From a bacterium (GTDB lineage: Bacteria; UBA8248), in NCBI GenBank assembly GCA_965200245.1, contig CBDATS010000004.1:928001-992000 (forward strand): a stretch of 64,000 bases of DNA, in the 5' to 3' direction. Shown piece after piece: positions 21,823-32,452 of the stretch. The translations under genes were made by a program, and so were the position numbers. Within the stretch, counting starts at the first letter, position 1; each line of letters begins with the position of its first letter. The notes below the pieces were generated by a model, which saw only the letters and a program-made list of their open reading frames with translations, did not search any database and was not told the DNA's origin.

Positions 21823-21840
21823 CCGGATTCACCCAAGCCG

Positions 21841-22584
21841 ATGTGGCCATCCTGGGAAATCACGCTTCTCGTCTTCGCAGCAGCCTTCCTTGAAGGAGCC
21901 GCAGGAATAGACTTCGGTCTCCTGGCGACACCTGCGCTGGGCGCCCTCATTGGTGTGCGGGATGCCGTGCTCACACTCTCCTTGCCGAACCTTATCCTGA
22001 TGGCAATTCGCGCAATCGGAGGTGGCGTTCCCACCCCTTCCATCAAACGCCTCATGCCTTTCCTGGGCGCGGGCGCGGCGGGCGCGGCCGTGGGCGCACT
22101 GACTCTAATCTCAAACCCGCCCATCTTCCTCAAATGGTCGGTGGGCATCCTCGTGCTGTTGTTTGCCTCCTACAGCATTTCGCGCATCAGGTTCCAGCTC
22201 GACATGCGCGACGAGACCTTCTTCACCTACCTGGCCGGATTCTTCGCTGGCGGGCTGAGCAGTTTTTCATACGCCGGCAATCCCATCAGCATCATATACC
22301 TGCACAGCACGGGCGCGGGCCGTGCCCGGATGATGCGGCTCGCCTACACCGGTGCGCTGGTGTTCGCGAGCGTTCAAATAACCATCCTGAGCAGTTCGGG
22401 CGCGATGGGGGCCCTCGAGTCAGCGCGTTCGGCCGTATCGATCCTGCCCGCCGTCGCGGGATTTCTGCTGGGAAGATTGCTGCGCGGGCGCATTCCGCCT
22501 GCACTGGGCTTCACGGCAGGTCTTTTCCTTATGATAGCCGCAGCACTCGCTCTCCTGGTTTTCGGGCCTTCCGGGTGGAAGTGA
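21841..22584 (+). CDS. TauE/SafE (TSUP) family transporter
   Basis: Multi-TM protein with GIDFGLLATP motif. Confidence 0.75.
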   Translation: MWPSWEITLLVFAAAFLEGAAGIDFGLLATPALGALIGVRDAVLTLSLPNLILMAIRAIGGGVPTPSIKRLMPFLGAGAAGAAVGALTLISNPPIFLKWSVGILVLLFASYSISRIRFQLDMRDETFFTYLAGFFAGGLSSFSYAGNPISIIYLHSTGAGRARMMRLAYTGALVFASVQITILSSSGAMGALESARSAVSILPAVAGFLLGRLLRGRIPPALGFTAGLFLMIAAALALLVFGPSGWK

Positions 22585-22650
22585 GGAACAGAACCCGTAA
22601 CGTCCGCACGCACCGGAGAATCTCCCGAACACTCAACTGCAGGGATATCC

Positions 22651-23613
22651 CTACACAACGCTGGCGCGCAGCAGGTGGTGCAGGTGCAGTACGCCCGCGA
22701 GGCGTCCATCTGCCCTGACGGTGACCGCCAGAGAGGTGATGGTGTTCGATTCCATCACCTGAAGCGCTGCAGCGGCCATTTCGTCTTCGTCGATGGTCTT
22801 GGGAGCAGGCGTCATCAGGTCACTCGCAGTCAGCGAGGGCATGTAAATCGTTTGCTCCAGCGCGCGTCTCAAGTCCCCGTCCGTGATGATGCCCAGAAGC
22901 TCCTGGCCGGAACCCGTCACGCAAGTCATTCCCAGTCTCTTCGCGCTCATCTCGCGTACGACCCGCGTCAGCGAAGCCGCCTCGTCGACGCGCGGAACGT
23001 CGACGCCCGTCACCATCAGGTCTTTCACGCGAATGAGCTTCTTCCCCAGAGAGCCACCCGGGTGGAAGCGCGCGAAATCTTCGGGCTGAAACCCCCTCGC
23101 CTCCAGAACGGCCATCGCGAGCGCATCACCCATCGCCAGGGCGGCAGTGCTGCTCGCAGTGGGTGCGAGTTGAATCGGGCAGGCTTCCTCTTTCACGGAA
23201 ACATTCAACACGGCCTGCGCTGCGCGCCAGAGCGTGGAATTTTCCTCTCCGGTGATGGCGATGAGCGGCGTTCCCAGACGGGCGAAGACGGGCAGGATGC
23301 GCACCACCTCGTCCGTCTCGCCACTGTAGGAAAGGGCAACGACGACATCGTCTTTCGTCACCATCCCCAGATCGCCGTGAACGCCCTCGGCGGGATGCAG
23401 AAAATAGGACGGCGTGCCCGTGCTCGCAAGAGTGGCAGAAATCTTCTGGCCGATCAGTCCACTCTTGCCCATGCCGGTGACCGCGACCTTGCCCCTGCAC
23501 TCCAGGACGATATCGACCGCCTTGATGAACTCTCCATCCAGCCGCTCAATGAGTCCTGTGAGCGCCTCGGCCTCGATACGAAGCGTCCGTACACCCCGTT
23601 CCACGGGATTCAT
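22651..23613 (-). CDS. kdsD: Arabinose-5-phosphate isomerase KdsD/KpsF
   Basis: TGMGKSG, HGDLG, EACP..LAPTAS, FHPGG plus CBS pair. Confidence 0.93.
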   Translation of the reverse strand: MNPVERGVRTLRIEAEALTGLIERLDGEFIKAVDIVLECRGKVAVTGMGKSGLIGQKISATLASTGTPSYFLHPAEGVHGDLGMVTKDDVVVALSYSGETDEVVRILPVFARLGTPLIAITGEENSTLWRAAQAVLNVSVKEEACPIQLAPTASSTAALAMGDALAMAVLEARGFQPEDFARFHPGGSLGKKLIRVKDLMVTGVDVPRVDEAASLTRVVREMSAKRLGMTCVTGSGQELLGIITDGDLRRALEQTIYMPSLTASDLMTPAPKTIDEDEMAAAALQVMESNTITSLAVTVRADGRLAGVLHLHHLLRASVV

Positions 23614-23862
23614 GGAAGTAACCGTTTTCCGAGAGTCCAGAACCCATCCTCCCCAAAATCGTCTGGCGGAAAAATATCACCCCGTCGCCGAGGTGTCCAC
23701 GCGGGATTTCCCAAGCCAGGGCCCGGCAGGCATGGCCGGCCAAGTCTTTACTACCATCGTTCCCCGTGCTAGAAGTTATAGCCAATACGCATCATCAAGA
23801 CGAATGCCCTTTGGGTGAAGGGAGACAATACCCACCGCAGTGGATTCACAGGAGTACCCGCC

Positions 23863-24612
23863 ATGTCCGGTCATTCCAAATGGAGCACAATCAAGCGGAA
23901 AAAAGGCGCACTCGACGCCAAGCGCGGCAAGATTTTCACGAAACTCATCAAGGAAATCACCATTGCGGCCCGGCTCGGTGGTGGAGACCCCGACGGGAAC
24001 CCTCGCCTGCGCACGGCGATTCAGACGGCGAAAGGGGCGAACATGCCCCAGGACAACATCGCGCGCGCCATCGCCAAGGGAACGGGCGAACTCGAAGGCA
24101 TAAATTACGAAGAATGCACCTATGAGGGCTATGGCCCCAGCGGGGTAGCGATTCTCATCTCGGTTCTCACCGACAACCGAAACCGCACCGGCGCGGAAAT
24201 CCGCCACATCCTGACGAAGAACAGCGGCTCCCTGTCAGAACCGAACGCCGTGGCGTGGAATTTCGAGAAAAAGGGCCTGTTTCTCGTCTCCCGGGAGAAC
24301 GCGGACGAGGAAACGCTCATGGAACTCACGCTGGAGGCCGGAGCGGAGGATTTCGAGTCCACCGACGATTTCTTCGAGATCCACACTTCGCCAGATGAAT
24401 TCGAGTCCGTGCGCGAAGCGCTCGAGAACAGCGGGATATCGACGGAATCGGCCGAACTCGCCATGCTGCCCAAATCGACGGTGAAGCTCGACGGCAAGGA
24501 GGCGGATCAGATGCTTCGCCTCATGGAAGCGCTTGAGGACAACGACGACATTCAGAACGTATACGCGAACTTCGACATTTCCGAAGAACAAATGGCGGAA
24601 GCATCCGCATAA
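23863..24612 (+). CDS. yebC: YebC/PmpR family protein
   Basis: [29 protein letters not shown]. Confidence 0.96.
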   Translation: MSGHSKWSTIKRKKGALDAKRGKIFTKLIKEITIAARLGGGDPDGNPRLRTAIQTAKGANMPQDNIARAIAKGTGELEGINYEECTYEGYGPSGVAILISVLTDNRNRTGAEIRHILTKNSGSLSEPNAVAWNFEKKGLFLVSRENADEETLMELTLEAGAEDFESTDDFFEIHTSPDEFESVREALENSGISTESAELAMLPKSTVKLDGKEADQMLRLMEALEDNDDIQNVYANFDISEEQMAEASA

Positions 24613-24643
24613 TCGAACAGTCCACCACCCGTGGGGTTTTCCC

Positions 24644-25177
24644 TTGCAGCAATCCACAGGCACATTCCGCGTTCTGGGCGTAGACCCCGGTCTCGGTGTA
24701 ACGGGCTACGCCGTCCTGCGCCTCGATAAGGGCGAGTATGAACCGAGCCTGGTAGAAGGCGGAATACTCAAAAACGATTCCGGTGCACCCATTGAAAAGC
24801 GCCTCTACGAGTTGCACAAGGATCTCTCCTGCATCATCGAGACGAACGGGCCCCACGTAATGGCGGTGGAGAACCTCTACAGCCACTACAAGCACCCACG
24901 CACCTCGATCATCATGGGACACGCGCGGGGCGTGATCTTCCTCGCGGCCTCCCAGGCGGACGTTCCTGTGGTCAGCTACGCGGCCACAGAGATCAAGAAA
25001 TCGCTTGTCGGTGCCGGGCGTGCCACGAAGGCGCAAGTGCAGTCCATCGTCCAGCAACGCATGCGACTGCACGACTTGCCCGAACCCGCCGACCTGGCCG
25101 ACGCCATCGCCGTCGCGTATTGCCACATCGACCGCAGCCACCTGAGGCGAGAGCAGGCGATCGGGAGCGGGACATGA
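24644..25177 (+). CDS. ruvC: Holliday junction resolvase RuvC
   Basis: LGVDPG, GHARG, DLADAIAVA; start approximate. Confidence 0.95.
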   Translation: MQQSTGTFRVLGVDPGLGVTGYAVLRLDKGEYEPSLVEGGILKNDSGAPIEKRLYELHKDLSCIIETNGPHVMAVENLYSHYKHPRTSIIMGHARGVIFLAASQADVPVVSYAATEIKKSLVGAGRATKAQVQSIVQQRMRLHDLPEPADLADAIAVAYCHIDRSHLRREQAIGSGT

Positions 25178-25815
25178 TCCGGCAGATATCGGGAGAGATC
25201 ATCGACGTCGAGGCCGAATGCGCCATCCTGAAGACGCCAACCGGAGTCGCCTACGAAATCCAGGTGGGTGGATACGCGGTGCATGAACTGCAGGCCCTCA
25301 TGAGTGCGCGCGAGGAGGTGGAACTGCACACACACCACTATCTCGAGGGAAACGTGGCCACCGGCCAACTGCTGCCCCGACTGGTCGGGTTCCTCTCGGC
25401 GGAAGAAAGAACGTTTTTCCTCTCTTTCATCAAAGTGCCCGGCATCAGCCCCAAAAGCGGGGTGCGGGCGATGAGCCTGCCCCCTCTCCAGATCGCGGAG
25501 GCCATCGCGACGGCAAACACCGCCCTGCTCATCAAACTGCCCGGCATCGGCAGGAAAAAGGCCGAACAGGTGATCTCCATGCTCAGAGAGGAGATCGCGG
25601 AGCTCCAACTCATGGGAGACGTCGCTCCCCCACCGGCGGAGCATCAATACGCTGCCTCCCTGTACGGTGACGCCATGGCCGTGCTGGTGGGACAATTGGG
25701 CTATCGAACACCCGAGGCGGAAAACCTCGTGGAACGCGCAGTCGCTGCACTCGGCGCGGAAGCGAAGACCGAAGCCATCCTCCAGGAAGTGTTCCGGCTG
25801 GGCCGGCAGGGATAA
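25174..25815 (+). CDS. ruvA: Holliday junction branch migration protein RuvA
   Basis: HhH motifs VPGISPK and LPGIGRKKA; between ruvC and ruvB. Confidence 0.92.
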   Translation: MIRQISGEIIDVEAECAILKTPTGVAYEIQVGGYAVHELQALMSAREEVELHTHHYLEGNVATGQLLPRLVGFLSAEERTFFLSFIKVPGISPKSGVRAMSLPPLQIAEAIATANTALLIKLPGIGRKKAEQVISMLREEIAELQLMGDVAPPPAEHQYAASLYGDAMAVLVGQLGYRTPEAENLVERAVAALGAEAKTEAILQEVFRLGRQG

Positions 25816-25819
25816 AACC

Positions 25820-26887
25820 ATGGTCATCGAACGGCGTGTGAGCGCGAAGGCAGCGAGTCAGGCGGAGGAGCGAACCTTCACTTCGCTCAGACCCGCGAGA
25901 CTCGAGGAATATGTGGGCCAGACCGACCTCGTGGCCAAGCTCCGGATTGCGCTCGAGGCCTCGCGCAGGAGAGACGAACCCCTGGGCCACATTCTCTTCC
26001 ACGGCCCGCCGGGCCTGGGGAAAACCACGCTTTCGCACATCATCTCCGAGGAGATGGGAACGCGCCTCGTGAAAACATCCGGACCCTCTCTCTCGAAACC
26101 TGCGGATCTAATGGGAATCCTCACGGGCCTCACGCAGGGCGATGTGCTCTTCATCGACGAGATCCACCGGATGCCCAGCGCGGTGGAGGAATTCCTCTAC
26201 CCCGCGATGGAAGATTACCGCGTGGATTTCGTCGTCGACAGCGGCCCCATGGCCCGCACCATCAATTTCCCGCTCAAGATATTCACGACCGTCGGCGCCA
26301 CGACGCGTCCCGGCGCCCTGACCGCCGCCCTGAGAGAACGCTTCTATCTCGTCTACCACGTGGATTTCTACTCCGAAGACGAACTCGCGCAGATCCTGCT
26401 CAGAAGTGCGGTGCGCCTCGAAACCCCGATCGAAGAAGAGGCGGCGCGTGAACTCGCCCGGAGAAGCCGGGGCACGCCCCGGACGGCAAACCGGCTCCTC
26501 CTCTGGACGCGCGATTTCTGTCAAGCGCGCGGCGACGGCGCCATCAGCCTCTCCAAAGCGCGCGAGGCGCTCGCCATGGAGGGCGTGGACGAATTGGGTC
26601 TCGACGCGCTGGACAGAAAATACCTGAGGACAATCATTGACCAGTACGGCGGCGGCCCGGTGGGTGTGGAGGCCATCGCCGCCACCATGAACGAGGAGGC
26701 GGACACCCTCGTGGACATGGTGGAACCCTTTCTGCTGCGGGCGGGTTTCGTGCAGCGAACGCGCGGCGGCAGGCGCACGCCCCCGGCAGCGTATTCACAC
26801 CTGGGCGTCACGCTGCCCACAGGGACCCAGCGAGAACTCTGGACCAACGCCGCAAGGGATGAAGAAGAAACCGATACGTCTTCCTGA
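25820..26887 (+). CDS. ruvB: Holliday junction helicase RuvB
   Basis: LRP, GPPGLGKTT, FIDEIHR, RSRGTPR. Confidence 0.97.
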   Translation: MVIERRVSAKAASQAEERTFTSLRPARLEEYVGQTDLVAKLRIALEASRRRDEPLGHILFHGPPGLGKTTLSHIISEEMGTRLVKTSGPSLSKPADLMGILTGLTQGDVLFIDEIHRMPSAVEEFLYPAMEDYRVDFVVDSGPMARTINFPLKIFTTVGATTRPGALTAALRERFYLVYHVDFYSEDELAQILLRSAVRLETPIEEEAARELARRSRGTPRTANRLLLWTRDFCQARGDGAISLSKAREALAMEGVDELGLDALDRKYLRTIIDQYGGGPVGVEAIAATMNEEADTLVDMVEPFLLRAGFVQRTRGGRRTPPAAYSHLGVTLPTGTQRELWTNAARDEEETDTSS

Positions 26888-26902
26888 GAGGAAAGAACGC
26901 GA

Positions 26903-27127
26903 ATGGAGCCTTTCGGCGGCTTCGGAAAAACGCTGATCCTGCTCGGCGCGGCCCTGATGGTCCTGGGCGTGGTATTCCTGCTAGCGCCCAAGATTCCGTT
27001 TCTGGGCAAACTGCCCGGCGACATTCACCTGCGCGGAAAGAACTGGAGCTTTTCCTTCCCGGTGGTTACCTGCATCGTCATCAGCATCGTGCTGACGCTG
27101 CTCCTGAACCTCTTTTCGAGAAGATGA
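26903..27127 (+). CDS. DUF2905 family membrane protein
   Basis: LGKLPGDI..FPVVTCIVISIVLT; typical position after ruvB. Confidence 0.85.
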   Translation: MEPFGGFGKTLILLGAALMVLGVVFLLAPKIPFLGKLPGDIHLRGKNWSFSFPVVTCIVISIVLTLLLNLFSRR

Positions 27128-27158
27128 ATCGAGCGAGGATTCAACACCCCTGTGTGCG

Positions 27159-27923
27159 CTACTTCCAGCCCCCGCCACCGTTCACGTACACCGTATCCGC
27201 TGTCATGAACGCGCACGCGTCCGAACACATGAACAACACCAACTCCCCTATCTCCCCGGGGGTCCCGAAACGGCCCATCGGTATCTGACTCCTCATCGAC
27301 TCCCTGAGTTCCGGCGAGGAGACGTCATGAAACGGCGTGTCAACAGGACCCGGCGATATGGACATGCACCGGATGCCCCTGTCCGCATATTCGCGCCCCA
27401 CGCCCATGCTCATCGTCACCACCGCGCCCTTCGCTGCCGCGTAGTGCACCGAGTGCCCCGGCCCTCCACGCTTATGCGCCATGCTTCCGATGTTGACGAT
27501 GACACCCCCGCCGTTTTCCAGCATTTCCGGAATCACGGCCTGCATGCAGTAGAAAACACCCTTGACGTTCAAGTCGAACGTCCGTTCCCACAGGTCGTCG
27601 TCGATGCCCAGAAAATCCGAACGCTTCAGTGCAGCGCCGGCGGAGTTGAGCGAAAAATCGACCCGGCCGAACCGTTCCCCGGCGCGCCTCGTCATCTCGA
27701 AGGCCTCTTCGCGCGAAGTGACGTCCACCTTCATGTGAACGCCCCGGCCCCCGTTTTCCGTAACGAGTTCCGCGACTTCGGCGGCACCCTCCCCGTCCAG
27801 GTCCGCGCAAAAGACGTTGGCCCCTTCACGCCCGAAAATGAGCGAAGTTTCCCTGCCGATGCCACTGGCCGCGCCGGTGACGATGATGGTTTTTCCTGCG
27901 AAATAATCGGGTGTTCTCGGCAT
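27159..27923 (-). CDS. SDR family oxidoreductase
   Basis: TGAASGIG, YAAAK. Confidence 0.9.
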   Translation of the reverse strand: MPRTPDYFAGKTIIVTGAASGIGRETSLIFGREGANVFCADLDGEGAAEVAELVTENGGRGVHMKVDVTSREEAFEMTRRAGERFGRVDFSLNSAGAALKRSDFLGIDDDLWERTFDLNVKGVFYCMQAVIPEMLENGGGVIVNIGSMAHKRGGPGHSVHYAAAKGAVVTMSMGVGREYADRGIRCMSISPGPVDTPFHDVSSPELRESMRSQIPMGRFGTPGEIGELVLFMCSDACAFMTADTVYVNGGGGWK

Positions 27924-27963
27924 CAAATGACTCCTGTAGCTGAGGGGGGCAACCCTCCCTGGT

Positions 27964-28965
27964 TCATGTGCTCGCGTCGACCATGACGATTCGCTGCATC
28001 TCGTATTCCTCATCCGGCACGAGTCCGGGAACCGGCTTGCCCGCCAGGAAACACAGGACGTTTTCCGTGGCGTCGAGTTCCATCTGCAGGCGCGAGGAGC
28101 GCGCCCGCGCACCAAGATGCGCAGTGAGAATGCAGTTGGGCGCTTCCACAAGAACGCCCCGGTAAGGTTCTTCAGAGAAAACGTCTATGCCTGCCCCGCC
28201 CAGATGGCCAGAGCGCAGGGCACGTGCAAGGGCCTCATCGTCCACGACGACTCCGCGTGCCGTGTTAATGAGAAAAGATCCCTTTTTCATCATCGCGATC
28301 TCGTCTTCCCCCACCATGTGAATCGTCCTCGGCGTAGCAGGGACGTGAAGAGAGACGGCGTCGGCACGCCGGTAAATTTCCTCTTTCCCGGCCCATTCCA
28401 CGCCGTAGCGCCTGCCGAATTCCACATCGGGCCTGAGATCGTTCGCGATGATTTTCGCCCCGAAGCCCGATACGTGACGGATCACCCGCCTGCCGATGCG
28501 GCCCACGCCAATGACGCCCAAGGTAATCTCATCGAGCGTGCGGCCCATGTACTGATGCCACTCGCCGCGCAGGAGCGCGTTGTGCGAGTGATGTACGCCG
28601 CGCAGCAGCGACAGCAGATGGCCCAGCGTCAGTTCCGCCACGGCTTCCGAGTTGGCCCCGGGAGTGTTCGCCACGAGAATGTTCCGCTCACGCGCGGCGT
28701 TCAGATCCACCGTTTCGAGACCCACTGTCGCGCGCGATATGAACCGGAGAGGTTTCGCCAGATCCAGTATTCTCGGCGTGAAGGGTTCGAGGCCCGCGAT
28801 GACAGCGTCGAAGCCGGCGCGAATCATTTCTGCGAATTCATCCTCGTTCGGGCGTTTGCCCAGCGTACTGAGAACGTACTCCACGCCTGCACTTTCGAGC
28901 ATCTCGATGGGCTTGGGATCAATCTCACCGAAAGGCGTGGTGGAGACGAGTATGCGGGGAGTCAT
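27964..28965 (-). CDS. D-2-hydroxyacid / phosphoglycerate dehydrogenase-like
   Basis: GVGRIG, INTARG, DVFSEEP, AHLGA. Confidence 0.88.
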   Translation of the reverse strand: MTPRILVSTTPFGEIDPKPIEMLESAGVEYVLSTLGKRPNEDEFAEMIRAGFDAVIAGLEPFTPRILDLAKPLRFISRATVGLETVDLNAARERNILVANTPGANSEAVAELTLGHLLSLLRGVHHSHNALLRGEWHQYMGRTLDEITLGVIGVGRIGRRVIRHVSGFGAKIIANDLRPDVEFGRRYGVEWAGKEEIYRRADAVSLHVPATPRTIHMVGEDEIAMMKKGSFLINTARGVVVDDEALARALRSGHLGGAGIDVFSEEPYRGVLVEAPNCILTAHLGARARSSRLQMELDATENVLCFLAGKPVPGLVPDEEYEMQRIVMVDAST

Positions 28966-29330
28966 GGACAATCTCCCGATAATCTTGGGATTACGAGTCA
29001 AAACCTGTTTCGCGACAGGTGCGCGAACCGTCACAATGGGTTAAGGTATGAAAAACCAAGCGAGATTACATGCCTCGAAGAAGCGATGTCAAACTCGGAG
29101 AGGTATCTGATATGATGGCTGCCTGTCATGGTGGAATCGTGCGCCTCATGGCATGCGGTGCGCCCGCCTTCCCGTATCGGTCCGGAGGGTGGCATGTCCA
29201 GGAACGTCGACAGATGGAGATTGCGATGAGTTGAACACGAGATGCGTCAGCATGTACTCCCGCTCGACTCGTAAATCAAATTGCCTGATGTTGGGGTGGG
29301 CGTTGTTCACCTCGATGAACAGGAGGAAAG

Positions 29331-30554
29331 GTGATGGATCACACTACCGCGGCGAGTGAGTCATACGAAACGTTCATGGATCTGAGATACGACAGGGAAA
29401 TCATCGACAAGATCAAGGCCCTCGCGCCGCCAATGGCCGAGATGGCGGCCGAGATCGACCGTGAGGGCCGCTTCCCCACCGAGAATTACAGGCTGCTCGT
29501 CGACGCGGGCCTGAACGCCCTGTGCATCCCCAGGGAATGGGGTGGTTCGGGCGCGAACTCCCTCACCTACAACATGGCGCTCGCCGAACTGGGCAAGGTG
29601 TGCGCCTCCACCGCCCTCACATGGAACATGCACCAGACCTGCGTGAGCCTTTTCTTCGCCCTGGCGAACGAGGAGCAGAAAAAGCGCGTGCTCCCTGACA
29701 TCGTGGAGAACGGCAAGCTGTTTTCCTCCGTCACGGCGGAACGCGGCATGAGTTTCCGTCATCTGGTAACGCTCAAGACCATCTTCTCCCCTGTCGAGGG
29801 CGGCTACCGGCTGAGTGGCAGGAAGATTTCCGCCTCGATAGGCGAACACGCCGACTATTACTTCACCACCGGGTTTCTGGAGGGCAAGAAGACCGCCGCC
29901 GAGGCCATCATGACCGCCGTGCTGCACAAGGATTACGCAGGCTCCTCGGTCGAGGTGGTGTGGGACACCATGTCGATGCGGGGTACGGCGAGCGACGACA
30001 TCATTTTCGACAACACCTTCGTGCCGGACGAGGACATCCTAGGTGGCGAGAACTTCATCGGCGCGCTGGGAAAAATCGATATCACCATGTTCCACCTCGG
30101 CTTCTCCGCCGCCTATCTGGGCATCGCGGAAGGCGCCTTCCATCATCTGGTGGAGTACGTGCGGACGACGCAATACCCGCCCAATCCTGAACCGCTGAGC
30201 CACAACGAGTTGTACCAGAGCAACATCGGTGAACTGAGTTCGGAACTCAGGGCCGCACGGATGCTGCTCTACGAGGCGTGTCACGTGAAAGAACAGGGAG
30301 ACGGCATGGCGAACCAGAACACGGTGAAGACCGTCATGCAGTCGAAGTACGTCTCGTGCGAGGCCTGCGCCAAGGTGGTGCAACACGCGATGCGGCTCGT
30401 GGGGGGACGCTCGATCGCGCGACGCTATCCATTCGAGCGGTTCTACAGGGAAGGCATTACCGGCGTGGTGATGCCACCTGCGAACTCACGCTGCATCGAG
30501 GTGGCCGGCTGCATCGAACTGGGACTTACGGGCATGATCCTGCAATACGGCTAG
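29331..30554 (+). CDS. Acyl-CoA dehydrogenase-fold flavoprotein (DszC/SfnB-like group)
   Basis: WNMH, WDTMSMRGTASDD, FERFYRE; lacks the IYEG catalytic Glu. Confidence 0.8.
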   Translation: MMDHTTAASESYETFMDLRYDREIIDKIKALAPPMAEMAAEIDREGRFPTENYRLLVDAGLNALCIPREWGGSGANSLTYNMALAELGKVCASTALTWNMHQTCVSLFFALANEEQKKRVLPDIVENGKLFSSVTAERGMSFRHLVTLKTIFSPVEGGYRLSGRKISASIGEHADYYFTTGFLEGKKTAAEAIMTAVLHKDYAGSSVEVVWDTMSMRGTASDDIIFDNTFVPDEDILGGENFIGALGKIDITMFHLGFSAAYLGIAEGAFHHLVEYVRTTQYPPNPEPLSHNELYQSNIGELSSELRAARMLLYEACHVKEQGDGMANQNTVKTVMQSKYVSCEACAKVVQHAMRLVGGRSIARRYPFERFYREGITGVVMPPANSRCIEVAGCIELGLTGMILQYG

Positions 30555-30601
30555 AATGAACCATCGCCGGAAACGGTTCCACCGGTCGTGAATCATCCGT
30601 C

Positions 30602-30946
30602 TCATTCCAGCAACGATATGGGACGGCGGCCGGCGAACCCCGCATCGTAGCTGTGAAAATGCTCGATGTCCTCCTCGCCGAGTTTCCAGCAGTAGTAATA
30701 GCCGTCTCCCGAATCGAAATCCGCAAGCCACAAACCCTTGACTTCCACTCCCAGGTCTCGTACGGCCTTCATCCATTCGCCGACCGCGTCGTTCATGAGT
30801 CCCTCGATGCGCCTGATATCGCCGGATTCATCGACGCTTTCCAGTTCTTCGCGCAATTCCTCTACGACATCGTGATAATGCCGTGTCACTTCCCTGACCT
30901 GCGGCAGAAGTTCCCGCGCTTCCTGCAGCGTAAAGATAGGCATCAC
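30602..30946 (-). CDS. DUF2203 family protein
   Basis: FTLQEARELLP, GLWLADF, YCWKLGE, GFAGRRP. Confidence 0.85.
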   Translation of the reverse strand: MMPIFTLQEARELLPQVREVTRHYHDVVEELREELESVDESGDIRRIEGLMNDAVGEWMKAVRDLGVEVKGLWLADFDSGDGYYYCWKLGEEDIEHFHSYDAGFAGRRPISLLE

Positions 30947-31065
30947 AGTTCCCTGTTGTAATACTGCCGGGGTTCAGCAGCTCCCTTCGGAGGCGTTACA
31001 GCCACAGAAAAACCAAGGGGGCACGGGCCGCTTTCATGAGACGATCCCCCCTTGAGCGGTTTTTT

Positions 31066-32226
31066 TCACCCGCCCCGGCGCTGCGAGAATTTTCTCCCGA
31101 AAATACCGGAAGCGATCACGTTTCGCTGCGCCTGGGTGGTACCACCGCCGATGGTGAACATCCGCACGTCGCGCGCCATGCGCTCAATGGGCAAATCGCG
31201 CGAATAGCCCGCCGCGCCAAAAACCTGTAGCGCGTCGTTCGTCACCTTGATCGAGGCTTCTGCCGAAAACGTCTTGGCGATGGCTGCGAGGTGCATGTCG
31301 GGGAAACCCGTTTTCGGGTCTTCCTGCACCGCTGCTCGGTGCAGGAGAAGCCGTGCCGCGTCGAGCTGGATGCGCCCGTCCGCCAGAATCCACTGAAGCC
31401 CCTGAAACTCCGAGATCGGGCGCCCGAACTGATGACGCTTTTTCGCGTATTCCACCGCTTGGGCGAAGGCACCCTCGGCGAGTCCCAAAGCCACCGTTCC
31501 GGCCCCCACCCGCTGGGCGTTGTACGCGGCCATCAGACGGCCGAAACCCACCGTCACCAAGTTCTCCTTCGGCACACGGCAGTTCTCGAAAATCTCCTCG
31601 CTCTCGGGAATCCCTCTCAGTCCCATCATGAAGGCACGCTCGCCGATCCGGAAACCCTCTGTCCCCAATTCAACGACAAGCGCGCCGATCCCCTGTTCGT
31701 CCCCCCCTTGCAACACACGGGCGAACACCAGGTTGATGCGGGAGACTCCCGCACCGGTAATCCACTTCTTCTTTCCGTTCAGGATAAATTCATCACCGTC
31801 GAGCACGGCCCTCGTCGTCATGTCAGTGGCGGCGCTTCCCGCATCGGGTTCGGTGATGACGATGGCGGGCTTGTCTCCCTGGAGCACCATCGGCAGATAC
31901 TTCCTTTTTTGTTCCTCTGTCCCGTATCTGATGATCGCCCCCACCACGCCCATGTTGCTGTCCACCACGATGCGTCCCGTAATGCCGCAGACCTTCGCCA
32001 TCTCCTCCACCACCAGGACCGCCTCGATGAGCGGACGTTCGGGGCCGCCGAATTCCTTCGGGATGTTCATGCCCATGAAGCCGGACTCGGCCAGAACCTG
32101 TGCGTTTTCCCAAGGATATTCCTCGGTCTCATCCCAATACGCCGCCCTGGGCGCTATCCTGCTCTCCGCTATATCGCGCGCCTTTTCCTGTATTTTCCGT
32201 TGCGAGTCGGTGAGGTCGAAGTCCAC
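31066..32226 (-). CDS. 3-sulfinopropionyl-CoA desulfinase-like (Acd subfamily of acyl-CoA dehydrogenases)
   Basis: GRIVVDSN, GDKPAI, MGLRGIPE, YNAQRVGAG and RMFTIGGGT match the Advenella-type desulfinase as recalled; no catalytic Glu. Confidence 0.75.
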   Translation of the reverse strand: MDFDLTDSQRKIQEKARDIAESRIAPRAAYWDETEEYPWENAQVLAESGFMGMNIPKEFGGPERPLIEAVLVVEEMAKVCGITGRIVVDSNMGVVGAIIRYGTEEQKRKYLPMVLQGDKPAIVITEPDAGSAATDMTTRAVLDGDEFILNGKKKWITGAGVSRINLVFARVLQGGDEQGIGALVVELGTEGFRIGERAFMMGLRGIPESEEIFENCRVPKENLVTVGFGRLMAAYNAQRVGAGTVALGLAEGAFAQAVEYAKKRHQFGRPISEFQGLQWILADGRIQLDAARLLLHRAAVQEDPKTGFPDMHLAAIAKTFSAEASIKVTNDALQVFGAAGYSRDLPIERMARDVRMFTIGGGTTQAQRNVIASGIFGRKFSQRRGG

Positions 32227-32452
32227 CGCGGCCTCCTTTCAGGTGAAAGTGGAGGAAGGCTTGCGAGAATCCGTTATGCAACGACTCGCCCGAGCACGCA
32301 AGGGGGGAGAAGGAGAGCCTGTTCGCGAACGGTCCCGGCAGCCCGAAAAATTACCCGGACCCCTGCGACAGGTTGCGGCCCGTCTCTGCCGAAAGACACG
32401 ATCCCTGCCTGGCCTGCAGGCAATCGCTCCTCCACCGGCAGCGATTGACCCC

